Source: Octopus vulgaris (lineage: Eukaryota). Taken from it: 64,000 bases of DNA. The stretch covers positions 144,398,001 through 144,462,000 of the forward strand of contig OX597817.1 in NCBI GenBank assembly GCA_951406725.2. Reading direction: 5' to 3'. The notes under the pieces were generated by a model, which was not told where the DNA came from, did not search any database, and saw nothing but the letters and a program-made list of their open reading frames with translations. Of the stretch, positions 53,496 through 64,000 are shown one piece after another; positions within the stretch are counted from its first letter, which is position 1, and every line of letters begins with the position of its first letter. The position numbers were made by a program, and so were the translations under genes.

Positions 53496-54225
53496 AAGGC
53501 GGCGAGCTGGCAGAAACGTTAGCACGTCGGGCGAAATGCGCTTAGCCGTATTTCGTCTGTCGTTACGTTCAGAGTTCAAATTCCGCCGAGGTCGACTTTG
53601 CCTTTCATCCTTTCGGGGTCGATAAATTAAGTACCAGTTAGGCACTGGGGTCGATGTAATCGACTTAATACCTATGATCTGTCCTTGTTTGTCCCCTCTG
53701 TGTTTAGCCCCTTGTGGGTAGTAAAGAAATAGGTATTTCGTCTGCCGCTACGTTCTGAGGTTGACTTTGCTTTTCATCCTTTCGGGGTCGATAAATTAAG
53801 TACCAGTTTAACACTGGGGTCGATATAATCGACTTAATCTGTTTGTCTGTCCTTGTTTGTCCCTTCTGTGTTTAGCCCCTTGTGAGTAGTAAAAAAAATA
53901 AGTATTTCGTCTGCCGCTATGTTTTGAGTTCAAATTCCGCCGAGGTCGACTTTGCATTTCATCCTTTCGGGATCAATTAAATAAGTACCAGTTACGCACT
54001 GGTGTTGATATAATCGACTTAATCCGTCTGTCTGTCCTTGTTTGTCTCCTCTGTGTTTTGACCCTTGTGGATTTCTGAGTTCAAATTCCGCCGAGGTCGA
54101 CTTTGCCTTTCATCCTTTCGGGGTAGATAAATTAAGTACTAGTTGCGTACTGGGGTCGATCTAATCGACTAGCCGCCTCCCCCCCCCCCACTCTCCCAAA
54201 ATTTCGGGCCTTGTGCTTAGAGAAG
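53496..54225 (+). mobile_element. SINE family A tandem multimer (one head, four bodies)
   Basis: Core gactttgc.tttcatcctttcggg at ~53594, 53763, 53948, 54099. Confidence 0.88.
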
Positions 54226-54679
54226 AAAGGTATGTCAGTAGCCACTTCAAGTTGTCTCTCATAATTTACTTTTGCTTCAGTTATGCAAATTACCCAGGCT
54301 GAATTGTTTTCTACAGTTCGTGCACTTTTAGTGGATTGAAAGTGGAGGCGTATGTGTATAAAATACAGTAACACCTCACTTAAAGAGAACCTGTTTTACG
54401 AGACCCTGTGTTTACGAATTTTATTTTTCAAGCAAGCACAAGATCGAAATTTTGAACGAAGTACAAATGTTTCTACTACCATAACAAATGCTTCTGCGTG
54501 TTACCGAGAAATTCATTGAAAGCGATAAAAAGCTTCTTCTAAGCAAACAACACGAGACTTTTTTTTTAGAAACAAATATACGACTCCCTCTACGAGTGCT
54601 TATGAATCGGTGATCGCGAGTCTAGAGCGAGTGAAAGTGATTCTGAAAACGATTATAATAATATTTTTTATACTGTTCT

Positions 54680-55044
54680 ATATCTTAGATAAGAGGAGTT
54701 CTGTACATTATTTACATTATTTACATTGGACGGATATGTGTCCTCAACTTGATTGTAGTTGTCACAATGTTTCGGCTTATTTACTCTCCATCCTTCATCA
54801 GGTGTCCGGGGGAATTTTGAATCTAACCCTGGGTTCTCATTCCTAAGGTATGTTTTGATGATGTTATTATTATTATTATTAACAATAATAATAACTCAAG
54901 GCACTGTCTGGAATTGAACTCGCAATCTTGGGATTAGTAGTCCACGCTCTTAACCATTGCCCACGGACATATAGCGTAATTTTTTAAGAGCACGGGCTAT
55001 TAACTCCAAGATTGAGAGTTCAATTTCAGGCAGTGCCTTGAATA

Positions 55045-55111
<67 letters not shown>

Positions 55112-55260
55112 TCAGCAAAAAAATACCTTAGGAATGAGAATCCAGGGTTGGGTTCAAAATTCTACCAGGACACCTGATGAAGGCTGGAGAGTAAATCAGC
55201 CGAAATGTTGTGGTAACAACAAACAAGATGAGGACACATATCCATCGTAAATAATGAATA
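54680..55260. mobile_element. Head-to-head pair of tRNA-like head + (AAT)n + HHR elements
   Basis: Arms ~54700-54960 and 54970-55260 are inverted; B-box-like gagttcaatt in each head; HHRs at 54763-54804 (-) and 55171-55212 (+): cac-CTGATGA-A-GGCTG gagagtaaat CAGCC-GAAA-tg-TT-gtg. Confidence 0.8.
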
Positions 55261-55849
55261 TTTTATTATTATAAATGATCTTGACATTCTTTTTACTTTA
55301 CACAACCTATTTTTTACATTCTACTGTTGTTTTATTACCATTTATTTACAAGTATTATAAATTTTATAGGTAACATATTTTTATGAGAACAAAATACGAT
55401 TTATAACATTGCTACAATGGGAAATTATTACTCTACTTTATGAGTTTTCGTTCTACGAGCGGCATTTCGAGGCATTGCTGTATATGGAGCTGGGTTCTGA
55501 GTTACGTTATACAACTGTCAGACACGAATTTCTTCACGGTTGTACTTCCTCAGTGACAAACAGCGCTTCACTTCGGTTGGTTGGCTTTCAGTTCCACACA
55601 TGTAAATGAAGATTTCAATTAATGACTTAATGATTTAGTTGTTAATTAATGACTTAATGATTTATAAGTTATAAACACGCTAAATAATTTTCATTATATT
55701 TTAATTAGTGGGGATCAATATGCAAGTATCTTTAGTTATTTAATCACTTCTCTTTTGTAATACTTTTCGAATTGTAAGTTGTGATAAAACATGGGCACCG
55801 GGACTTCATTTATCGATAATACACAAAATAGAAAATTTATTCTCTGATG

Positions 55850-57300
55850 AATACACCAGAATGTCGAGAATTCTAACTGTAAGAAATGAAGACACCTCTT
55901 TAAGAACGTAAAATTTTAATATTGTAACTAAATATATTTTCAGTGCCATTAATTTTGATATCAGGAGGGCTGCCGGGTTGATTTCAATGGATTTCAGAGC
56001 CACTGTAATCAACTGATGCCGTGATATCTTAAAGACTCCGCCGGTTACGACGACGAGGGTCCCAGCTGATACGATCAACGGAACAGCTTGCTCGTGAAAT
56101 TAACGTGCAAATGGCTGAGCATTCCACAGACACGTGTACCCTTAACGTAGTTCTCGGGGATAATCAGCGTGACACAGAGAGTGACAAGGCTGACCCTTTG
56201 AAATACAAGTACAACTCATTTTTGCCAGCTGAGTGGACTGGAGCAACGTGAAATAAAGTGTCTTGCTCAAGGACACAACGCGTCGCCGGGAATCGAACTC
56301 ACAACCTTACAATCATGAGCCGAATGCCCTAACCACTAAGCCACGCGCCCTCACAGCCGTGATATCTAGAAAACAACTGCCTGCAAATTCACCCGGTTTG
56401 TTATCGTTGATTTCAACCTTTCGGTATCGAAATCGTTCCTTCTGAAAATCTCTGACTTAGAGAGACAATTCACAAGAATTAGAGACTCCCGTATCCAAAT
56501 CATTATGACTGCTAGGAAGTCATTGTTTCATGATAATTCCAACTGGAAAAAAAAGGCGATTGTTCGATCTGTCCCCGGAGAGCTACCACAAGCTAAGATT
56601 GCTTCGTCGTTATTTTAATCCTGGAAACCCTTAAAAAGATTCATACGCACAGTCCGGCCTTGCTCAGGAATGATGACTTGGCAGTCTCAAACTACATGAA
56701 CGGTTATGCCATGAATAAACTCAAAAATTCTATAAATATCATCAAAGAATTTGGCTTAATTGTAACTGTTACAAAGCCAATTACAGTTACAATTATGAGA
56801 CAAGTGCTTCTCCGGAAGAAAGTCCGACGAAGAATCTGTTTATTTTCATAGATACTCCATCCAATCCCAACTGTAATTAGACATATAAATATTAGCAGAA
56901 GCACTTCCAGTCTCTCAGCAGGAACAGGAAGACAGATCTTCAACAGTAACGCACTCCCATTATAACGAGGCACTAGCGAGTTACTGATAACTTACAATAC
57001 AGATGGACCCCACTCTACTCCCAAACAAGATACGACGAGAGAGATAATCCGGTTTATTCATCTATTTAATATAAATGTTTCCACTAATATGGATAGAATC
57101 TTCCTGGTGCTAATTAGTCAGCATCTCCTAAGAAATCCGACCGACATATCACAAACATTAATTCCTGTAACGTCAAAGTTAGATACGTATCCTTAAATAA
57201 AATCGCTTCCTGTATTTGCACGCTACAATAAAACAATCCCGCATCTTCACAGTCTTCACTCCACGCACCAACCAGCAATAAAAGTTCCTAGCTAAAGTTA
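55850..57300 (+). mobile_element. Decayed Penelope-like RT ORF interrupted by a SINE
   Basis: KYIFSAINFDIRRAAGL, CKFTRFVIVDFNLSVS (FDIVDFYPSI-like), IMTARKSLF, LLRNDDLAV (LYRDDGLA-like), REIIRFIHLFNINVSTNMDRIFLVLI (NIIWFNPPFS-like). Confidence 0.8.
56030..56355 (-). mobile_element. Family C SINE with 12-bp TSD
   Basis: TSD gccgtgatatct at 56018-56029 and 56356-56367; tRNA-like head gtgagggcgcgtggcttagtggttagg. Confidence 0.9.
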
Positions 57301-57306
57301 ATTGAT

Positions 57307-57374
<68 letters not shown>

Positions 57375-58007
57375 TTTCTCTCTCTCAGGAAGCGAAATTA
57401 CAACGAAACACCAGTATCTGACAGTCCATCGGCTTAATTTCAGCATGCATTTTCAACACGCAAAGCCCCTTGGAAGATGATGTTTTCTGAAACTAAACTC
57501 CAGAGCGGGAGCAGTTCCAAGTTTGTGCATACACGAACATGTTATAAAGAATATCTACAGAGTTCTTTTTTTTTTTTTTACTCTATGGAGGTGCATGGTT
57601 TAGTGGTTAGGGTGCTGCATTCATGATCATATGATTGCGGTTTCGATTCCTAGATAGGGGGATGCGTTGTGCCCTTGAGCAAAATGCTTCATTTCTCGTT
57701 GCACCAGTCTACTCAGCTGGCAAAAATCAGGTTTCTTGTGATGGACCAGCGAGGAATATATACACCACAGAAGCTGGGAAACTGACCTTATGGGGCTATA
57801 TTACTTGGGGATGAGCTTGTCTTTGATCTCAACGAGTTCAAATGTTTAGAATGACACACACACACATACACATACTCATACACCCACACATACACATATG
57901 CACGCACACACACACGCATACATACAAACATATGTGTGTGTATATAAATATAAGTTTGAAAACAGAGAGATCTAATGGATACAAATTAATTAATTAATTA
58001 ACATCTT

Positions 58008-58109
58008 CACCTACAATTGTTTCATTTCGCATCCGATTTAAACTACAAAACATATATAAACATATAGGCTTGCATTTGAAAATACCTTGGGTGGAAAATC
58101 ATCAGGGTG
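58008..58109 (-). ncRNA. Type I HHR with 75-nt stem II region (mirror 58214-58315 +)
   Basis: cacc-CTGATGA-[75 nt]-GAAA-caattg-TA-ggtg. Confidence 0.7.
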
Positions 58110-58355
58110 TACAAAAGGACAATACAAAGATTACATTATGATCTGTTGGAATACTCCAGTAATTTGGAATATTCCATCAGATCATAATGTAATCTTCGTT
58201 TTGTTCTTTTTCATGCTCTGATGATTTTCCACCCAAGGTATTTTGAAATGGAAGATTATATATCTATGTATGCTTTGTAGTTTAAATTGGAAGCGAAATG
58301 AAACGATTGTAGGTGAAGATGCTAATTAATTAATAATCAAAAATCGGTGATTGTC

Positions 58356-58398
58356 GTGCGCTGATGACGGGTCAATACCCAGAAACTGCAGTCCGTGC
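58356..58398 (+). ncRNA. Minimal type I HHR with intact core
   Basis: gtgcg-CTGATGA-c gggt caat accc a-GAAA-ctgcag-TC-cgtgc. Confidence 0.8.
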
Positions 58399-58790
58399 GT
58401 ATCACTTAGGTTGACGAGGGAAGGATGACTTCCCTTTGCAAATACCGATAGGGCACAGAAAGTGTGTCAATAGCCAGCTGGAGAAGATGTTCTCCTGGGG
58501 CTACAAGCTACAGTAACATCCACCCTTAGTGGTTAACCATATTTAGATGGCAAATATACTTCACATTGTCGTGCAGTTACTGTCTATACCTCGTTCAGAG
58601 ATTTATTGCAATTAATAAATTAATTTGTATCCATTAGATCTCTCCGTTTTCAAACTTAATAATAATATTTAATATTCTATTATATTTTTTATAAATATAT
58701 TCAGAAATATCTCTTCAAAATATAATATATTGCACCAGTGTATCTTGGATAGAAATATCCCTATAAGAGGCTTAAATAACCTCATAGTGA

Positions 58791-58883
<93 letters not shown>

Positions 58884-59092
58884 GCAGTTTGCGATGTTTC
58901 ACCAAAAAGAAAAGCTATAATTGTCACTAGTGAAAATTATAGTTTTCCTTTTTGGTAAAACATTGCACACTGCTGTTTATATTAATTTTCTGTATGAACA
59001 TTAGTGATTCGCTAAATCACCCATAGATTTTTACGGTGTAAACATATATACTGACAGAAAATTCAGTCCGGAATCAGACGAAATCGTGCTGT

Positions 59093-59143
59093 CCTTATTG
59101 ATGAGGCAACGGAAATTGCCGAAACTGACCGGTTTGTATAGGG
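59093..59143 (+). ncRNA. Type I HHR (U3 variant) in the hairpin-rich (TA)n-flanked element 58880-59290
   Basis: cctta-TTGATGA-ggcaa cggaaa ttgcc-GAAA-ctgaccggtttg-TA-taggg. Confidence 0.7.
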
Positions 59144-59309
59144 AATTCTCAATCAGTGTTTTTGGATGATTACCATCCCAGCCAGTATATATGGATACAA
59201 TTATGTGCTTTGACTACAGTATTAGAGCATTTTAGCTCTTATTTCTAGCAATATAGGTGTTTCTAAAACCCTAGTCATATTCAGAGACAATTATAATTTT
59301 CCTATATAA

Positions 59310-59346
<37 letters not shown>

Positions 59347-59388
59347 TATATATAAATGTATGTATGTAAGTATGTATGTATATATATA

Positions 59389-59452
<64 letters not shown>

Positions 59453-59454
59453 GT

Positions 59455-59680
59455 TTATAAAATGTTGCAAGTTTTCTGATGTGAAACCATGTGTTAAAAC
59501 AGATATTGTTGTATTTCGGGACGGTCGTTTTTTTCCCCAAAATAAACACACGCACTATATATTCATTCTTCACTCGTTTATTACTCTTCTTATTTTCTCT
59601 TATGTCCATTGTGCGGAAATCTTTCGTTACACATATGTGACCTCTTCAGCAACCCTTTCCGTCCACATGTGTTTGTATAA
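59455..59680 (-). mobile_element. Third copy of the 50066-family element, HHR at 59611-59653
   Basis: Minus: ttg-CTGAAGA-g-gtcacatatgtgtaac-GAAA-gatt-TC-cg. Confidence 0.65.
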
Positions 59681-60235
59681 GCGCGCGCGCGCGTGTGTAA
59701 TGCTTTCAAATATTCAGAAATTTTGTGACAAACACAATCGATTTATTTGCTACTTGATCGGTATTATCTTATCAATGTTTGAACTCAGAGCTCAGACCGT
59801 AAAGGGTCTCAACTTAATAACACGAGATATTTTATCGATCGTTCTACTGATTCAAACTTTACCTATTCAAAATTACATGAATTAAAAAGAACAAATTTAA
59901 ATGAAAATGCAAATATAAAAGCAGTAATTATGCAATTCTATAGACAACAAACTGAAAAGCGAGTCTGAGAATAAGACTCAATTTACAGAACATGAACTTG
60001 TTGCGTGAAGTGCGTGAAGTGCTCGAAGACTATTGTGATCTTGCGGTGTTGGATGTCTATGGTGTTATTGAAGACCATCGCCGTGTGGTCTAGCTGGCTG
60101 CATGTATAATAAATGAAGCAACTCACAAATTTTAACTTTTAACATATTTATTACTGTACATGATTTACTGCGTTGGCTGTTTACAAAAGAAAGATGCTGA
60201 TAATATAACTGCCGACTGGGAGGAGAGAACCACGC

Positions 60236-61222
60236 TGTGTCTGTAGAAGACTAGCAATGGTGCATCGTGTCTGAAGAAGACTGGCTGTGGTACATCCTGT
60301 CTGTAGAAAGGTAGCTATAGTATATCGTATCTGAAGAAGATTAGCTGTAGTACATCGTGTTCCTAGAAATTTAGCTGTGGTATATCGCATTTGAAGAAGG
60401 CTAGCTATGGTATATCGTATCTAAAGAAGGCAAGCTATAGTATATCGTATCTGAAGAAGGCTAGCTGTGGTACGTCGTGTCTGTAGAAGCTAGCTGCGAT
60501 ACATTCTGTCTGAAGAAGGTTAGCTGTGGTACATCGTGTCTCAAGAAGGCTAGCTGTGATATATTGTGTCTGAAGAAAGCTAGCTGTAGTACATCGTGTC
60601 TGAAGAAGGCCAGCTGTGGTACATCGTGTCTCAAGAAGGCTAGCTGTGGTACATCGTGTTTGTAGAAGGCTAGCTGTGGTACATCGTGTCTGTAGAAGGC
60701 TAGCTGTGGTACATCGTAGCTGCAGAAGACTAGATGTGATACATCGTGTCTGTAGAAGGCTAGCTGTGATACATCGCGTCTGTGAAAGTGGGGTGTGGTA
60801 CATCATATCTGTAAACGCCTAGCTGTGGTACGTCGTGTTTGAAGAAGGCTAGCTGTGGTACATCGTATCTGAAGGCTAGCTGTGGTGCATCGTGTGTATA
60901 GAAGGGTAGTGTGGTACACCGTGTCTTTAGAAAGCTAGCTGTGATACATCGTGTCTGTAGAAGGTTGGCTATGGTACATCGTGTCTGAAGAAGCTAGCTG
61001 TGGTACATCGAATCTGTAGAAGGTTAGCTGTGGTACATCGTGTCTGTAGAAAGCTAGCTGTGGTTCATCGTGTCTGTAGAATGCTAGCTGTGGTGCATCG
61101 CGTCGGTAAAAGGGAGCCGTTGTACATCGTATATGTAGACGGCTGACTGTGTTACATCGTATCTGAAGAAGGCTAGCCGTGATACATTGTGTCCGTAGAA
61201 GCTACCTGTAGTACATCCTGTG
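60236..61222. repeat. 30-bp tandem repeat, about 33 copies (gtctgtagaaggctagctgtggtacatcgt)
   Basis: Directly visible, head to tail, no spacers. Confidence 0.95.
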
Positions 61223-61339
61223 TAAGTCTCTGAAACGGTTTCTTGCTCGAGGTGGTCTGTCTGAATGCCTGCAGTTGCCTGGTCATGGCAGTCTGCCTTT
61301 TGTGAGCACCCAAGGTGGTCTACATGAATGCCTGAGGCT

Positions 61340-61510
61340 CACTAGCGTAGATAGGGGGGAGGGCGGTAGGGACGGTCCGCCTCAGGCTGCACTTTTAAAA
61401 GGGGTGGCACTTTTATGTCTGCTATAGGCAATATGTGTATTTTGTAGGGTCCGTGGGCGGCAAACGAAAGGGCTGCCTCCCGGCGGTATACACTCTAGCT
61501 ACGCTTAGTG
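61340..61510. mobile_element. hAT-type MITE with 8-bp TSD
   Basis: TSD ctgaggct/ctgaggcc; TIR cactagcgtagatag / ctagctacgcttagtg. Confidence 0.8.
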
Positions 61511-62066
61511 CTGAGGCCGTCTGGGTGAGTTAGGTAGCAAACAGTTTTCAGGGTGAGAAGGGGATGAATTTTAGATCATCCAAGGAGTCATATCACATCA
61601 CAGCTTCACGCTGATTGGTGGATTTATTGATCAATTTTGCGAAACTGTGATGGCTTACTCGCGATGTCTAACCGAGTATCTTGCAGTTGGGGTTCAAATC
61701 CCTACAAACTCATTTTATATATTGGGTTAACAGCTTAATTCGTTTGCTTTATTTCTACTTGGCACTCCATCGCCAAATGTCTGAAAAGAGGGAAAATATG
61801 TTCGAATTTCAGAAACGTTAAACAGATGGTGGAGAAGATGAATAGAGGTACTCTTTTACTTGTTTCAGCCATGTGACTGTGGCCATGCTGGAGCACCGCC
61901 TTTAGTCGAGCAAATCGACCCCAGGACTTGTTCTTTGTAAGCCTAGTACTTATTCTATCGGTCTCTTTTGCCGAACCGCTAAGTTATGGGGACGTAAACA
62001 CACCGGCATCGGTTGTCAAGCAATGTTGGGGGGAGGACAGACACAGACACACAAACATATACACAT

Positions 62067-62180
<114 letters not shown>

Positions 62181-63099
62181 TTATATACGACGGGCTTCTT
62201 TCAGTTTCTGTCTAACAAATCCACTCACAAGGCTTTGGTCGGTCCGAGGCTATAGTAGATGACATTTGCCCAAGGTGCCACGCAGTGGGACTGAACCCGG
62301 AACCATGTGCTTGGTAAGCAAGCTACTTACCACACAGCCACTCCGGTTTTTGCATTCATTTAAATAACAATTGAAAGGATTAAAATGAATGAAAATCTGG
62401 TTGGTAAATACGAACGAATTTATCTGAGAACTCAGTAATAATTGCCAACAATTTATTTAGTGATTCGATTGCTAACACATGATTGTTATTGGTCAGCTCT
62501 GGTTGAACATGTCCCTTTCTAAGACAGTAATGTGAGATGTGAGGGAGATTTAGTTGTTATTTTCTTTCCAGTTGGACGAGCACTCAAAGATTTTCTCTTT
62601 GACTCGTGAGTATCTCTCAGCATTTCGCCAGATACTGCGATATCAAATTCCCTCTGGCGATCACAAGACAGATTCAAAAGATGCGGGGTTATTTCCTACA
62701 TCTACCAATGAAAATACAAAATTTGTCAGCAGCTAATGTTTAATTTTGTAAACAACCACTTTGCTTCATTCTTTAATGTTTCTTAATGTTCATTATGTTC
62801 AAAATACTGAAAATAATTTGACCGACTTTAACTGTCAAAAAGTGACAAAATGTCACATTAACATTTTATTGTTTGAAACCTAAGATTTGAGGTTATTTCA
62901 TACATTCCTATAGAAGCTTAGTGTTTGATTTATAAGTGTTATTTACTTCGTTGCAAGTGAAATATTGTCTATCTATCTATCTATTTAGCTATCTGTATGT
63001 GTTGAAGCAACTTGTTGCTTAACCGTCAATTATATCTGTATGTATGTATGTATGTATGTATGTATGTATGTATGTATGCATGCGTATATGTGGGTTAGG

Positions 63100-63435
63100 A
63101 GCACTCCGTCGGTTACGATGTCGAGGGTCCCAGCTGATACGATCAACGGAACAGCTTGCTCGTGAAACTAGCGTGCAAGTGGCTGTGCATTCCACAGATA
63201 TGTGTAGCCTTAACGTAGTTCTCGGGGAGATACAGCGTGACGCAAAGTGTGATGAGGCCGGCCCTTTGAGATACAGGTACAACTCATTTTTGCCAGCTGA
63301 GTGGAATGGAGCAACGTGAAATAAAGTGTCTTGCTCAAGGACACAACGCGTCACTGGGAATTGAACTCACGACCTTACAATCGACCACTAAGCCACGCGC
63401 CTACACTTGGGTATATGTGGGTATACGTATACCAT

Positions 63436-63470
<35 letters not shown>

Positions 63471-63770
63471 GTATAAATGTGTATGTGTGTGTGTGTAATG
63501 AAGGCACATGTTTCAGTGGTTAGGACGTCGGGCTCACAATCATGAGGAAGTGAGTTCGATTCCTGGACTAGGTTGTGTGTAGTATTCTTGAGCAAGACAT
63601 TTTATTTCACGTTGCTCTACTTCACATATCTGTAGAAATGTCACTAGTTCCAATGTGTATTGGCCTAGTGGCGTGAACAACCTTGATCGGTCTTGTGCCT
63701 CGGAGGGGAACTTTCTAGGCGCAATTTCATGGTCATTCATGACCGAATTGGCGGGCGGGGGGGTCTTTAC
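63100..63770. mobile_element. Two family C SINEs, divergent (63100-63403 -, 63498-63770 +)
   Basis: Homology to 56030-56355 and 1244-1581. Confidence 0.8.
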
Positions 63771-63776
63771 TCTTTG

Positions 63777-63819
<43 letters not shown>

Positions 63820-63954
63820 ATAAATATTAGGGAATAAATCCAAATTTACAGGGAAAAAATCAGATTTAGGATTAAATCCAATTTTATAGTAAAATATTAT
63901 ATAATATTATTAGAGACAAAACCACTATTTTGCAAAACAAACAAGGAAACTGAC

Positions 63955-63997
63955 TTATTGGAAGATTGTCGATCAAGACAAGAAACAATTGTAGTGG
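63955..63997 (+). ncRNA. Degenerate HHR at the window edge
   Basis: ttat-TGGAAGA-ttgtc gatcaa gacaa-GAAA-caattg-TA-gtgg; 5' core mutated. Confidence 0.5.
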
Positions 63998-64000
63998 CGG

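Larger units (their letters stand above)
57951..58658. mobile_element. Fold-back element with extended-stem-II HHRs and a nested HHR insert
   Basis: 57951-58158 inverted against 58166-58332 plus 58611-58658; insert 58333-58610. Confidence 0.8.
60103..61602 (-). mobile_element. Probable solo LTR (~1.5 kb)
   Basis: TGT...ACA termini; flanks gctgca / gcttca (6-bp TSD, 1 mismatch); AATAAA on the minus strand near 60150. Confidence 0.6.

Noticed and set aside
59985-60095. Possible host exon (NMNLLREVREVLEDYCDLAVLDVYGVIEDHRRVV) after an AG acceptor
   Set aside because: Short, ends in a stop, has no recognisable homology and no partner exons
60236-61222. CRISPR-like array or repeat-protein gene
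   Set aside because: Units are contiguous with no unique spacers, the context is eukaryotic, and frames are broken by indels and stops

Overview
AT-rich, repeat-saturated animal DNA. The SINE repertoire and microsatellite load match my recollection of octopod cephalopod genomes (inference, not database-checked). I found no supportable host protein-coding exon; nearly all listed ORFs are microsatellite or SINE read-through. The window is a nest of mobile elements: three tRNA-derived SINE families, decayed non-LTR retrotransposons (Tx1/L1, R4/Dong, RTE), decayed Penelope-like elements (PLEs), Tc1/mariner, non-autonomous Helitrons, hAT MITEs and a probable solo LTR with a 30-bp tandem array. The main signal missed by the ORF track is about 20 type-I hammerhead ribozyme (HHR) motifs read by eye. 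They sit in several short non-coding element families, mostly in (TA)n/(AAT)n tracts and often as fold-back palindromes, near the PLE relics. Variants include HHRs with a 68-75 nt stem II, a U3-A8 compensated core, and a tRNA-head/(AAT)n/HHR composite. All coordinates and folds were determined manually, and no activity is shown.
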